Below, one piece after another: positions 48,411 to 60,216 of a stretch of 64,000 nt of DNA. Position numbers and translations under genes: made by a program. Source of the stretch: Blepharisma stoltei ATCC 30299 (Eukaryota > Protista > Ciliophora); the NCBI GenBank assembly GCA_965603825.1, contig CBFDEM010000062.1:682001-746000 (forward strand), written 5' to 3'. The notes beneath the pieces are model-generated. The model saw only the letters and a list, made by a program, of their open reading frames with translations. It had not been told where the DNA came from and did not search any database. The stretch's first letter is position 1. Every line of letters starts with the position of its first letter.

Positions 48411-48845
48411 TACTCTAAGTCTATTTAATAAAAAACACTGACATTTATGATAAAAAAAAATTAAGAATCTTTAAAAGAAATAAATTTGGATTTGAATTTT
48501 GGACTCTTTTTAATTTTTTTAATTTCCATTATTATGATTTTAATAAGAAAATTATATTGACTCTAAAATTCAAAGAATAAAATAACTACTTTCAAAAATT
48601 AAATTTTTTTATAATAAAAATTAAAACATCTAGAGAAACCCGGCGAACAGTCTAAAATCTATAAAGAAATATTTAATTTAACTATACAATAAAATTAATA
48701 AGAGTTTAAAATATTTTATAATTCCACAATTATCAAGAATATTTTTATTGCTTTCATTTAATTACTATAAAAAATCATTTTTGAACAAAAATATTTATTT
48801 TAAATCAAAAAGTAATAACAATATTTAAATTAAATACATCACCAT

Positions 48846-48986
48846 TTAAGTGCATTAGAACTGACTCTATAATCGTCTTCATGAACAAAAGCAGCCATAA
48901 TTGCTGTAAAATTATCTGTGCTTGCTCTTCTCATACTTTGTCTGATAATTGCCCCAACTGCATTTCTACAAGAGCTTGGAGTAAGC
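48846..48986 (-). pseudogene. 3' remnant of a fifth PP2C paralog
   Basis: Translates LTPSSCRNAVGAIIRQSMRRASTDNFTAIMAAFVHEDDYR, homologous to the array C-termini; upstream part is missing. Confidence 0.85.
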
Positions 48987-49383
48987 TAATTATGTGTCAT
49001 TACATTAATTAATTATAGCTCTTCTTCCTTTAAATCCACTGCCGTTTTACATTCCAGAACTTCTGCTCCTAGTTCGGGATACCTCGCCTTTTAATGTCTA
49101 TCAGTATTTGCTTCGATCAGTTGGTTTTAGATTTATTTATTATAAAAAAATTAATTAAATTGAATTAAGAAAAATTAAAATGCTTAAAGAATTATTATGT
49201 TAAATTTATTCTTTTAATATAAATTATAATAATAAAGTCATTTTGGATAATTGTCTATTGATTATAGCTATTCTGGCTGACAATTTAAATGATTTTCATT
49301 AGCCTTAAATAATTAAAATCTTTATTCTAAAGCAAAATATTTTTTAATTAATAATTCCTCAAAATTATTACAAAATTAAGTTA

Positions 49384-50562
49384 TTAAGCACATTTCGATT
49401 TGGATCTAAATTGATCTCCGTGCTCAAAAGCAATCATAATAGCTGTAAGATTGTCTGAGCTTCTTCTTTTCATACTTTCAATAACAATCCCTTCAACTGC
49501 ATTTCTACAAAAGCTCGGCGTTAAGTCATTAGATAATGGATTGCTATTCCAAGCTGTCGATACTACATCTTGTGTGCTCATAACATCGAAAATTCCGTCG
49601 CACCCCATCATAATAAAATCATAATGTTTTTTAATTTTGAAATATTTTACTTCAGGGGTTGCAATTAAAACGTCTGGATTGCCTCCATAGATGGGATCCT
49701 TAGCATCTATATCACCAATAGTTCTACTTACTGAAAGTTGACCTGGTGATACTCTATAAATACTATTAACAGAGTTTACATTGCAATAAATTGATCCTCC
49801 GTTTTGTTTAATTCTTGCTTGCTCTTCAGGGTCGTTTGGTTTATGATCTCTCGTTATAGAAATTGCTTGCTGGCCTTTAGATCCACTAATAATAGCCCTT
49901 GAGTCTCCAACATTTGCCACATAGCATATCTTCCCTACAATTAATACTACAAGGGCACAAGAGCCTGCTCTTTCATTATTTTCTTTTGCCAACTTCAAAA
50001 AATCAGACTCAGCTCGAGAAAAACCTCTTAAAATGGCTTGTTTGGGGCAATCTGGGAAAAGAGGATCATTGATAATGTAATGGTGTAAATTGTCTCTTAA
50101 AAAGTTAGAACAAGCTTTGCCACCGTGCCCATCATAAAGTCCAAAAAACGAGCAATTTGGCCAAAGAGCTCTATTTTGATTCGTTGGATTTTTGACTCTT
50201 AGCTTTATTACAGCTTTATCTTCGTTATAGAGGCGTGTTAGGCCTTGATGAGTGTTTGCTGCATACGCCCTTATTTTACCGTTGGACGAGTTTGAAGTTG
50301 TAGATGGCTGTAATTGAGGCAATCCTCTTTCAGTAAACGTAATCTGATGATACAAAGGTGTTGCATCTAAATTTCTAAAGCAGCGAAGCTTTATGTCTGG
50401 GAGAGCATCAATATTCAACTCAGACCTTGACTTTAGAAATTGTTTTCCAAAAAAATTTTTACTTATACATACAGGTGATGGTGGCTGTGTGCTCCGAGGA
50501 CCTCTGATATTCGGTAAAGTTTCAGAGGAAGGCGATCTTATGCTTTTTAAAAGAGCACTCAT
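49384..50562 (-). CDS. PP2C phosphatase tandem paralog
   Basis: FFGLYDGHGG, AGSCA, NVGDSRA, LSVSRTIGD, GCDGIFD, SDNLT. Confidence 0.95.
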   Translation of the reverse strand: MSALLKSIRSPSSETLPNIRGPRSTQPPSPVCISKNFFGKQFLKSRSELNIDALPDIKLRCFRNLDATPLYHQITFTERGLPQLQPSTTSNSSNGKIRAYAANTHQGLTRLYNEDKAVIKLRVKNPTNQNRALWPNCSFFGLYDGHGGKACSNFLRDNLHHYIINDPLFPDCPKQAILRGFSRAESDFLKLAKENNERAGSCALVVLIVGKICYVANVGDSRAIISGSKGQQAISITRDHKPNDPEEQARIKQNGGSIYCNVNSVNSIYRVSPGQLSVSRTIGDIDAKDPIYGGNPDVLIATPEVKYFKIKKHYDFIMMGCDGIFDVMSTQDVVSTAWNSNPLSNDLTPSFCRNAVEGIVIESMKRRSSDNLTAIMIAFEHGDQFRSKSKCA

Positions 50563-51632
50563 GGTTATTTTATTTGAATTATCATCAATTAAATTTGGCT
50601 GGTGAAAATATGGAGTTTTCTTTTGTATAAAAAGCTACATTTTGTCTATTTAAATTAAAAAATTTCTAAAAATTTTAATGAGTTTATTTGTTGTTTTATT
50701 TATATATCATTGACTTGTCCAGGAATTATTTTTTTTTATTTGTATAATAAATAAATTGGTTTATGAATCAAAGGCGTCTTAGTGAGTCTGTTATTAATTC
50801 CAGGGGGTATTTTAGCTCTAGAGCAAATAAATAAAGCTCGGAAAATTGATAAAATTGAATTATTTAAAATGTAGAGTTTTTGATTTAATCAGTTAAATGA
50901 TGGAATAATGATATTTATTTGAATTTCTCAGACTTAATTCAAATAAAAAATGCATTAAGGATGGTATTTGAAATTTTTAGCTTTTTTAAAAGAATTCTAC
51001 TGTTATTTAGACTTTTTTTTCGAAAAATTTTATCAATTAGTAGAAGCTTAACTATTAAAACGATTAAATACCTTATAATTAATAGTTATGTCTTTTCCAA
51101 TGCAATCTCCTGCTTCTTAAAGAGCAATTCACTCATTTCAAATTACTAGATGGGCTAAGAGCGTTAAATTGAATTCCACAAATTAGATTGCCCAGAAATT
51201 TTTATTAATGATACTTCTTAATTTTTGAATTCTTTTCTCGGCAGTTTCTATCTTAAATATTAAATAGGCTGAATCCTTTTGCATCATTTGGCAGCTAAAG
51301 AGTGTCTTGGTCCATCTATGCATCTAGAAAGTTAGATATCCCTTAATTGACAATTTATTGGAATAAAATAATAACTTTTTTGAATAATTAATTTAAATTC
51401 ATCAATGATAAAAAATGATATTTATTAATAAATAATGTGTTTAAACAATAAGCTAAAATTTACAAGAACTTAAATTATTTATAATAATAAAATTCTTTTA
51501 TTTTTGACTTTGCTATTTTCATTAATCATTATAATTATTTTCATTTAATTAGACAATAAAAATTCACATTAAAAAATCCATTTATTTAAATTAAAAAATA
51601 ATAAAAATATTTACAATTATATAAGTTATTAA

Positions 51633-52811
51633 CTAAGCACACTTAGATTTTGCTCTGTAGTGGTTCTCATGGCTAAAAGAAATAATAATCGCGGTGAGAT
51701 TATCTGAACTTGCTCTCCTCATACTTTGAGTAATAATTGCTTCGACCCCATTCCTACAAAAGCTCGCTGTTAAGTCATCAAATACTAAACTATTATTCCA
51801 AGCTGCTGAGACTACATCTTTTGAACTCATGACGTCAAAAATTCCATCACAGCCCATCATGATAAAATCATGACCTTTTTTTATTTTGAAAGATTTTACC
51901 TCTGGTATAGCACTTAAAACATATGGATTTCCTCCATATGCTGGATCTTTAGCATCTATATCACCAATAGTTCTACTTACTGAAAGTCGTCCTGGTGATA
52001 CTCTATAAATAATGTGTTTGCTATTTGGGTTGTAATAAATTGATCCACCATTTTGATAAATTCTTGCTTGCTCTTCAGGATCATCTGGCTTGTGATCTCT
52101 CGTTATAGAAATTGCTTGCTGACCTTTATACGCACTAATAACAGCTCTTGAATCGCCCAAATTTGCGATATAGCACATTTTCCCTACAATTAATACTACT
52201 AGGGCACAAGAGCCAGCTTTTTCGTTAGTTTCTTTTGCTAACTTCAAAAATTCAGTCTCTGCTTGAGAAAAGCCTCTTAATATGGCTTGTTTTGGGAATT
52301 CTGGGAAAAGAGGATCATTGATAATGTAATGGTGCAAATTTTCTCTTAAAAAATTTGAACAAGCTTTACCACCATGTCCATCATAAAGCCCAAAAAAAGA
52401 ACAATTTGGCCATTGGACTTTGTTTTCTGCTGCTGGACTTTTGATTTTTAGAATAATTACAGCTTTATCTTCATTATAGAGACGAGTGAGACCTTGATGA
52501 GTATTTGCTGCATATGCCCTTATTTTGCCATTGGAAGAATTTGAAATTGTTGAAGGTTGCAAGTGTGGCAAAATTCTTTCACAAATCTTAATTTGTGGAT
52601 ATGTAGGTGTAGGGTCTATGTTTCTAAGGCAGCGAAGTTTGATATCAGGAAGAGCATCGAAGTTCGATACTGAACATGATGGCATAATTGATTTTCCAGA
52701 AAAATTTTTTCTTGTATGTTTAGGAGATGGAGGTTCTGAGTTTCTAGGACCCCTGAGAGTTGGCAAGGTTTCAGAGGAAGGCGCTTTTGTGCTTTTAAAA
52801 AAAACATCCAT
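51633..52811 (-). CDS. PP2C phosphatase tandem paralog
   Basis: Same motifs; 392 aa; ends KSKCA. Confidence 0.95.
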   Translation of the reverse strand: MDVFFKSTKAPSSETLPTLRGPRNSEPPSPKHTRKNFSGKSIMPSCSVSNFDALPDIKLRCLRNIDPTPTYPQIKICERILPHLQPSTISNSSNGKIRAYAANTHQGLTRLYNEDKAVIILKIKSPAAENKVQWPNCSFFGLYDGHGGKACSNFLRENLHHYIINDPLFPEFPKQAILRGFSQAETEFLKLAKETNEKAGSCALVVLIVGKMCYIANLGDSRAVISAYKGQQAISITRDHKPDDPEEQARIYQNGGSIYYNPNSKHIIYRVSPGRLSVSRTIGDIDAKDPAYGGNPYVLSAIPEVKSFKIKKGHDFIMMGCDGIFDVMSSKDVVSAAWNNSLVFDDLTASFCRNGVEAIITQSMRRASSDNLTAIIISFSHENHYRAKSKCA

Positions 52812-53264
52812 GATGCAGCTTTATTTTAATGACTAACAATAAAATTTGCTGGTGAAAATGGAGGCTTTTATTTAATTTACCAGGCAGATTTTTGGTATAA
52901 CTAAGTAAATTAACAAAAAATATAAAATTATGCAAATGCACTTGCTGTTTAAATTCTATATATCATAAACTCAGCCTATGATATATTTCTTTCTTTTTAG
53001 TAAAATCTATAAAATTGGTTTACGAAGTAAACTTACCTTGGCGTGCATTTTCTTGGTTTCTGGTCGTAGTATATTTCTAGAATTAATGCAAAAGGCTCTA
53101 AAATTGAGAAAGCAAAATTATCTCGCCATTAAAATGTTTTTATTTTAATCACTTTTAATAATAAAATTACTACAAAATAATCGAATATCACAATTAATTC
53201 AAAGTTAGCGATGCATTAAGGTTAATCTTTTAATCCTAGGATCATTTAACTAGAATTTCACAAT

Positions 53265-53800
53265 TCTATTGCTAGCTTTTTGGGAAAGCTCTCTATTATA
53301 ATAGAGTTTTAGTTATGAAAATGACTTGATGCTTCATGCAAATGCTGATAGCTTAAGCCAGAAGACTCAAAGCTATCATTGTAACTTGCTAAATCCTTTC
53401 AGCTTTTAGTTACATATTGTGGCTGATACCTTTAAATGTCACTTTTAAGATGAGGGATTGAGGTCTTGTTGCATGACGTGATTTATCTGAATTTTCTGTT
53501 TGGATCTAAAAAAATAGCCTTGAGATTGCAGTATGAAGCTTGCTTTAAGGTGTTTTAACATCTGAATTATTATGTCTCTTGATTCATAAAATGGATGCTG
53601 GTAGCTTTAAATTTACTGACTATTTACATTTATCAATATATTGATATTTACATTTCGCTGATGTGCAGATCTAAAAACTGCTATTTTTGAGCTGCTTTTA
53701 ACACAAAAGATATTTTAAGTGCATTATTAGCGATTCTCGAGGTTCAAAATTGGATCTTCCATATAGAGATTTTATTATGATATTAAAAATTCTTATTGCC
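53265..53800 (-). pseudogene. Decayed copy of the 3' half of the 55668..56645 gene
   Basis: Collinear by eye with 55668-56200 (TATGAAAATGA, CTTCATGCAA, AAATGGATGCT, TGCAGA..AAAAACTG, GCTGCTTTT); no intact ORF. Confidence 0.8.
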
Positions 53801-54067
53801 CTAAAACCTTTTAGCTCATCTATATATATAATTTTTATTTTTAGCGCTCTAATGGAGGTCTTTATATATTAAATTTATAAATACTAAAGAAGTTTAATAA
53901 GAATATACTTTAAAAGTTGATATTAGAATTAGGATTTTTATAATAGTAATAATCTAGCCTAAAACCAATAATCAGTTTTAATTTTAGATTTATAATTTTC
54001 TTTATCAATAATTAATAACAATAAACAATAATTCTTAAAAAATTATTACAATTGTATTCATCTTTAA

Positions 54068-55246
54068 CTAAGCGCACTTCGATTTGGCTCTATATTGGTC
54101 TTCATGACCAAACGCAATTACAATAGCTGTGAGGTTGTCTGAGCTTCCTCTTTTCATGCTTTGTGTGACAATTTCTTCGACCGCATTCCTACAAAAGCTC
54201 GCTGTTAAATCATCAGATATTAAATTACTATTCCACGCTGTCGACACTACATCTTTTGTGCTCATAACGTCAAAAACTCCATCACAGCCCATCATGATAA
54301 AATCATGCTGTTTTTTTATTTTGAACGATTTTATTTCAGGTGTTGCGATTAAAACATTCTGGTTGCCTCCATATGCAGGATCCTTGGCATCTATATCACC
54401 AATAGTGCGACTAACTGAAAGTCTGCCTGGCGATACTCTATAAATGATATTTTGTGAGCTTGGATTGTAATAAATTGACCCTCCGTTCTCCTGAATTCTC
54501 TTTTGCTCTTCAGGATCATTTGGTTTATGATCTCTCGTTATAGAAATTGCTTGCTGGCCTTTAGACGCACTAATAGCAGCCCTTGAGTCTCCAACATTTG
54601 CCACGTAGCACATTTTCCCTACAATTAATACTACAAGGGCGCAAGAGCCTGCTTTTTCATTGGTTTCTTTTGCCAGTTTCAAAAAATCAGATTCGGCTTG
54701 AGAAAAACCTCTTAATATGGCTTGTTTAGGGGAATCTGGGAAAAGAGGATCGTTGATAATGTAATGGTGTAAATTGTCTCTTAAAAAGTTAGAACAAGCT
54801 TTGCCACCGTGCCCATCATAAAGTCCAAAAAATGAGCAATTTGGCCATTGAGATCTATTTTGATTTAGTGGACTTTTGATTTTTAGTATAATTATGGCTT
54901 TGTCTTCGTTGTAGAGACGGGTTAAGCCTTGGTGGGTGTTAGCTGCATATGCCCTTATTTTACCACAGGAAGAGTTTGAAATTGTTGACGGTAGTAACCG
55001 TGGTAAGACACGATCAGAAAGGGAAATTTGAGGGAATGTCGGCGTAACTTCTACGTGCCTGAGGTTACGGAGTTTTATATCGGGAAGTGCGTCAAAGTTC
55101 GGCACTGAGCTTGATGGCACAATCGATTTTCCAGATAAATGCTTCTTTGTGTATCTAGGTGTTGGTGTTTCTGAGACCCGAGGACCTCTGATGCTTGGCA
55201 GGGTTTCAGAGGAAGGCGATTTTACACTTTTAAAAAAAACATTCAT
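54068..55246 (-). CDS. PP2C phosphatase tandem paralog
   Basis: Same motifs; 392 aa; ends KSKCA. Confidence 0.95.
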   Translation of the reverse strand: MNVFFKSVKSPSSETLPSIRGPRVSETPTPRYTKKHLSGKSIVPSSSVPNFDALPDIKLRNLRHVEVTPTFPQISLSDRVLPRLLPSTISNSSCGKIRAYAANTHQGLTRLYNEDKAIIILKIKSPLNQNRSQWPNCSFFGLYDGHGGKACSNFLRDNLHHYIINDPLFPDSPKQAILRGFSQAESDFLKLAKETNEKAGSCALVVLIVGKMCYVANVGDSRAAISASKGQQAISITRDHKPNDPEEQKRIQENGGSIYYNPSSQNIIYRVSPGRLSVSRTIGDIDAKDPAYGGNQNVLIATPEIKSFKIKKQHDFIMMGCDGVFDVMSTKDVVSTAWNSNLISDDLTASFCRNAVEEIVTQSMKRGSSDNLTAIVIAFGHEDQYRAKSKCA

Positions 55247-55667
55247 GATTATTTTATTTCAATACTTAGCAAAAATTCGCTGGTTAAAATGGTGTATTTC
55301 TTATAATTAACAAGGCAGCATCTCGTATTGCACAATTAAAAAAATTTCTAAATTTATTTGAATACTTTATACACTTGCATCTTATGTCTTATAAATTTTT
55401 CTTAAGTAACATTATCTTTATTTTATGGCGAAAAATATAAAATTGGCTTGGAAGCTAAAACTCTTTAATATGCATATTTTCTGCATTGGGCATCAGGATA
55501 TTTCTAGAACTAATGCATATGCTCTAAATTCATCAGTAAATTATCCAATGGAGAATTTTTATTTTAATAATTAATTTATACAAATAATTGAAATATCATA
55601 ATTAATTTAAAATAGACTATTCATTAGTTAAAATATAAATCTTTATCTTATTTAAATGATTTCACTA

Positions 55668-56645
55668 TTATTCAGCTTTCCTTCTTGCAGAGCTTTCCCT
55701 TATAATCGAATTTTCGCTATGAAAATGATTTGAAACTTCATGCAATTGTTGATGGCCTAAATCAGAAGAATCGAAGCTTTCATTTTTACTTATATGAGAT
55801 CTTGATACTCTATTAGCTACAGATTGTGACTGGTAATTTGTTAAGGTTTTTCTATGGCGAGGCATAGGTGGTCTTGAAGTATGGGTCGGATTTATCCCGA
55901 TCTCTGCTTGGATTTGGCTAAACGGTGATGAAGCAACTGTAGGAGGCCTGCCTGAAGGTGTTTCAACAACAGAATTATTGTGCTCTCTTGAATCATGCAA
56001 ATGGATGCTACTTATTTCGAATTCTCTAATTGTCTCACAATTATCCATATAGCTGTCTCTGCTTTGCGGTACATCTGCAGACCCAAAAACTGATACTTTT
56101 GTGCTGCTTTTGTTGAATATTGTCTTAAAATGCATTTTCAATGATTTCCGAGATTGAGCATTAGTCTCTTCCTCAAGAGATTTTACAATAGCATTTAAAG
56201 TTTCAAAGATTCCTTTAGATGAATTTCTACTTTCAAGCATCATAGAAGGGGTTAAGTCAAGTGAACATTTAATACTAGAAACACTTTGGAAGCTTAATTT
56301 AGACATACTTATCATGGTTTTCCGGCCCTGTTTCATGTTAGAAATTTGATCTTTGATTTTAGTTGACAAAGATTTAAGTTCAGAATAGCCTTTCTTAGCA
56401 GAATCGACTGCTTTGTCACTGTTCTCTACAAGTGTGTAGCAGAAAGCTCTGGACTGTTCTATGATACTTTGACAGATTACTGTAGGCGGAGTTGGTATCT
56501 TGCTGAAGTTTGCATCATAGGCTTGGGAAAGCTTGCTATGGATTTTTGAGGCTTCTTTTAAGAAAGATTTCAGTCCTCTAACAAAGGAAAGGGTTGTATT
56601 GAGTCTTTTTAAGAGTAAATCATAGTTGTCAGATGCCGTATCCAT
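55668..56645 (-). CDS. Hypothetical protein, helical N-half and Ser-rich C-half
   Basis: 325-aa ATG..TAA ORF; has a decayed duplicate at 53265-53800. Confidence 0.8.
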   Translation of the reverse strand: MDTASDNYDLLLKRLNTTLSFVRGLKSFLKEASKIHSKLSQAYDANFSKIPTPPTVICQSIIEQSRAFCYTLVENSDKAVDSAKKGYSELKSLSTKIKDQISNMKQGRKTMISMSKLSFQSVSSIKCSLDLTPSMMLESRNSSKGIFETLNAIVKSLEEETNAQSRKSLKMHFKTIFNKSSTKVSVFGSADVPQSRDSYMDNCETIREFEISSIHLHDSREHNNSVVETPSGRPPTVASSPFSQIQAEIGINPTHTSRPPMPRHRKTLTNYQSQSVANRVSRSHISKNESFDSSDLGHQQLHEVSNHFHSENSIIRESSARRKAE

Positions 56646-57180
56646 TTTGTTTAATTTTATTATATCTGAAATTAAGGAAGGTTATATTGTTTATTTGAGC
56701 AAATAATTGAATTTAAAATCAGTACTATTGCGCTCTATTCCTTTTAAAAGCGCTATTTCACATATACCTTCTTTTATATATAAAATTCATTAATAATTAA
56801 AACTCAGCACTGAGCTTTGGATTCATAGTCTATAAAATATCATTTCTTATATAATTTCTCAAAATTATTAAAAATATGATTTTGAACCGATAAAAGAAAA
56901 ACTGTTAACTTAAAGATGGGTAAATTAATAAGTTTAAATAAAAACCCAAAAACCTTTTTTTATATATTTTAGCTAAGAATAGCTTGAAATCGATTTGCTT
57001 ACCCTTATTAAAATAGCAATTTTTCAAAAACTAGCTCAATCTATTAGAAATGGAAAAAATCAAATGTTTTATATCACCTTTATTTACTTAATTCTAATTC
57101 AAATTAGTCTTCCTAGCACTTTACTCCAATATTTAAAAGTTTAACCGATTTCTAACTCCATTTTATTCGTTTATTATAAT

Positions 57181-58746
57181 ATGATCTTCCTACTTCTAAT
57201 CTCATTTGCTTTAGGAGACCTGCCAGTTCATTGCACTTACAAACAAATAGTGGGAGACTGGACATTTACACTAAATTTAGACACTTTCCACGCCTATCTT
57301 GACGATTCTCAAACTTTTTGTGGACATGGCCAGCCAGACCATATTCTTGATATCGACATATCAGATACTTTTGATTTCTCAAATAAGCAGAATGTAGATG
57401 TTACTTTACAAGAACCAAACATAGCTTATAGCTCTGAGTATGGACAAGGCACTTGGACAATGATCTATGACGAAGGCTTTTTAATTGACTTTCAAGACAT
57501 TTCATTTTTCACTTATTCTTTATATGTCCACTCCCAAAACAGCGTAGGAAAATACGACAGTGTCTGTGACAAGACCACTATTGGCTGGTATCGAGGCAGC
57601 GATCCTAAAGATCATAGGAACTGGGGCTGCTTCTTTGCTATGAAAAATGGAGAAGATGATTTAGAACTTAAAGAGGCCGAAACGGATACCTATAAGTGAA
57701 TTCAGCCAACTGACACTGTAAGCTTCTTACAAGTAGATAAGCTTTATGACGACTTCGACTCAGAAGTAGCCAAAATAAACCAAGCCCAGTCATCGTGGAC
57801 TGCAGAACTGAATCCTCAATTTAAAGGAATGACAATGATGCAGGTAAATCAACAGATGGGAAGGAGCTCTAGGACTATAAAGATTGAGCCAAGCTATACA
57901 AATGATAAAATATTAGACCAAGGGGTGTATGAAGATGAAGAAGATAGCGAAAATTTGGGAAATGATGATATTTTGTATTATTGGAATACTCCAAATAGCA
58001 AAATTAGTGAAGAGGAGTTACCTGAATCGTGGGATTGGACCAATATTAATGGAGTTAACTATGTCCCGAGCCCTAGAGAACAAAAAAACTGTGGGTCTTG
58101 TTATATTTTGTCAACTATAGAAATGATTGAATCTAGGCTGAGGATTTTGACAAATAATGATTTTCAGACGTCGCTTAGCATACAATATGCATTAAGCTGC
58201 AACTTCTATACAGAAGGCTGCAATGGAGGGTATCCAACACTAGTTAATAAATTTATATCAGAATTCAACCTGATCCCAGACTCTTGCGCTCACTACCAAG
58301 CCAAAAATACCGAATGTGTCACTGAATGTGACAGCCCTCTGAGAGTTTCTGTTTCGGATTACTACTATATAGGAGGCTACTATGGCGCTGCAGATGAAGA
58401 AAATATGATGAAAGAAATCCGGGCAAGAGGACCAATTATTGCAAATTTAGAGCCGTCAAGGGATTTCTCATTCTATAAGAATGGAATATATGAAAGCGTT
58501 GCTAATAGAAAAGAAGACGGCGACATCTCATCAACAAATATGAGAGAAAGTGATATGGAGTGGGAAAAAGTAGATCATAGCATTTTAATTGTAGGATGGG
58601 GAGTAGAAAACGGCACAAAATATTGGAAAGCTCTAAATAGCTGGGGCACTCAATGGGGAGAAAACGGTTTTTTTAGGATTAAAAGAGGAGTTGATGAGTG
58701 CGCTATAGAATCCATGGGAGAAGCAGCTATCCCTTATATTGTATAA
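57181..58746 (+). CDS. CTSC: Cathepsin C (dipeptidyl peptidase I)
   Basis: Signal peptide, exclusion domain DLPVHC...GTWTMIYDEGF, catalytic QKNCGSCY, VDHSILIVGWG, NSWG; one TGA at 57697. Confidence 0.95.
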
Positions 58747-58795
58747 GAATTACTAATTTAGGGTCATATTTAAGTGAAACTATTACTATATTAAT

Positions 58796-60169
58796 TTAAT
58801 TATTTTCCAAGCTTCTCTGATTAACAAAGATTCTAATATTTTGTTTCGAACCCACAGTAAAAATTACATGCTTAATTTCAAGCAAATCATTCTCAATGCC
58901 AGCTTGAACTAAATCCACTATTTTCCTCGGCGCAAATAAAGCATATTCCGTGCACCTTTTCTTTCTGGGGTAAAAACTTTCAAAAAAATTATTTTTCCCT
59001 GGCATTTCGCTTGATTTCATAGTATTTCAAATATAAATTCTGCCTTTTTCTGACCCACAAAGGAGGTATTCTCCGTCTTCAGATAAGCTTGATCTTATAG
59101 GGTATTTAATATTTTCCGTGCCTTTAAATTTTTGTAATAACAAATTTTCTTTATAGCGGTAAAGTCTGATATTAGAATCATTAGTAGTGACACACAAGTG
59201 GTCATTGTCGATGAATTCTAGCCCAGTGACTCTTTTCCCTCCAGATTTTAAGCCTCTGCGGTTTCTGCACAACAATGTAGCCCCAAGCCGGAGCTTATAA
59301 TCAAACCTGCCTTGGTATAATAAGACTTGCCCTTTATCTGCGCCTACAGCTAAAAATTCTCCTGATGGAGAATAGCACAGGCAACTTATTTCTCCAGGGG
59401 CTTGATAAAATCCTTCTATAACTTTTTCCGGCAGCTTAAAAAGCCTGATAATCATATCTTTTGTCGCAGTCACAAAATAATTGGAATCCATAGGATTATA
59501 GCATACAGAATTTACCTCACAAGGATGCTGGACTGTTTCCATTGAGTTTAATCTGCCTTGCACCCACATTTTTACAGTTTTGTCAGCAGAAGACGATAAT
59601 AGATTGTTCTCTTTTCCTCAACTTATGTCAGTAACTGGGCCTGCATGCTCAGTCAAAATATGTGAAGGGTCATTGCTTAGAATCCCATCTGCTGAAGAAT
59701 TAATGTCAAAAATCATTATTTTACCATTACTCCCAGCAACTGCGAACATTCGTGAGTCAAGGCTGAATTTTGCGACACAAATTATATTGCTTTCTTTGTG
59801 GGGAAGATCGATTTCTTGTAAAAACTGGAGGTTATTGAATTCAAGAGAGTCTTTTTTTGTTGTCTATATGATTAATACTTTGTATTCAACATTATAATCA
59901 ATTAGGACAATAGACTGAGGCTTTGGATTTTCGATAATTACTGGGAGCTCTTCAGTAGGAGAAGGATTTGAGATAGGGAAAATTGCTTCGGTATAAGATC
60001 GCAATAAATTACTTGGAGGATTTTCAACTGAAATTGTTAAAAAATTTGATTTTAAAGGAATTGGCTCAGGGTTATATTGCATTGTGGCTGATCGTTGATA
60101 GAGAGCTATTTGGTCTTCGGTTTCGCAGGCATCATAAAACTCATCTTCACTACAACTTGCAGGCTCCAT
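58796..60169 (-). CDS. WD40-repeat protein, WDR44-like, with N-terminal FFAT-like motif; one 15-nt intron
   Basis: EDEFYDACE; WD repeats EHAGPVTDIS[W], LLSSSADKTVKMW, RVTGLEF, CVTTNDSNIRLY, LLCGSEKGRIYI[W]. Confidence 0.85.
59864..59878 (-). other. 15-nt intron (phase 0)
   Basis: GTATTAATCATATAG, A at position 10, in-frame TAG; removal joins the FFAT N-terminus to the WD40 repeats. Confidence 0.9.
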
Positions 60170-60216
60170 TTAAGATTAATAAGATTAATAAAGGAGGTTC
60201 AATTATATAATCCAAG

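Noticed and set aside
44614-59878. UAA/UAG read as Gln or as ambiguous stops (Tetrahymena- or Condylostoma-type)
   Set aside because: All four in-frame TAA/TAG found lie within consensus 15-nt introns whose removal restores motifs or domain continuity; TAA and TAG end the genes.
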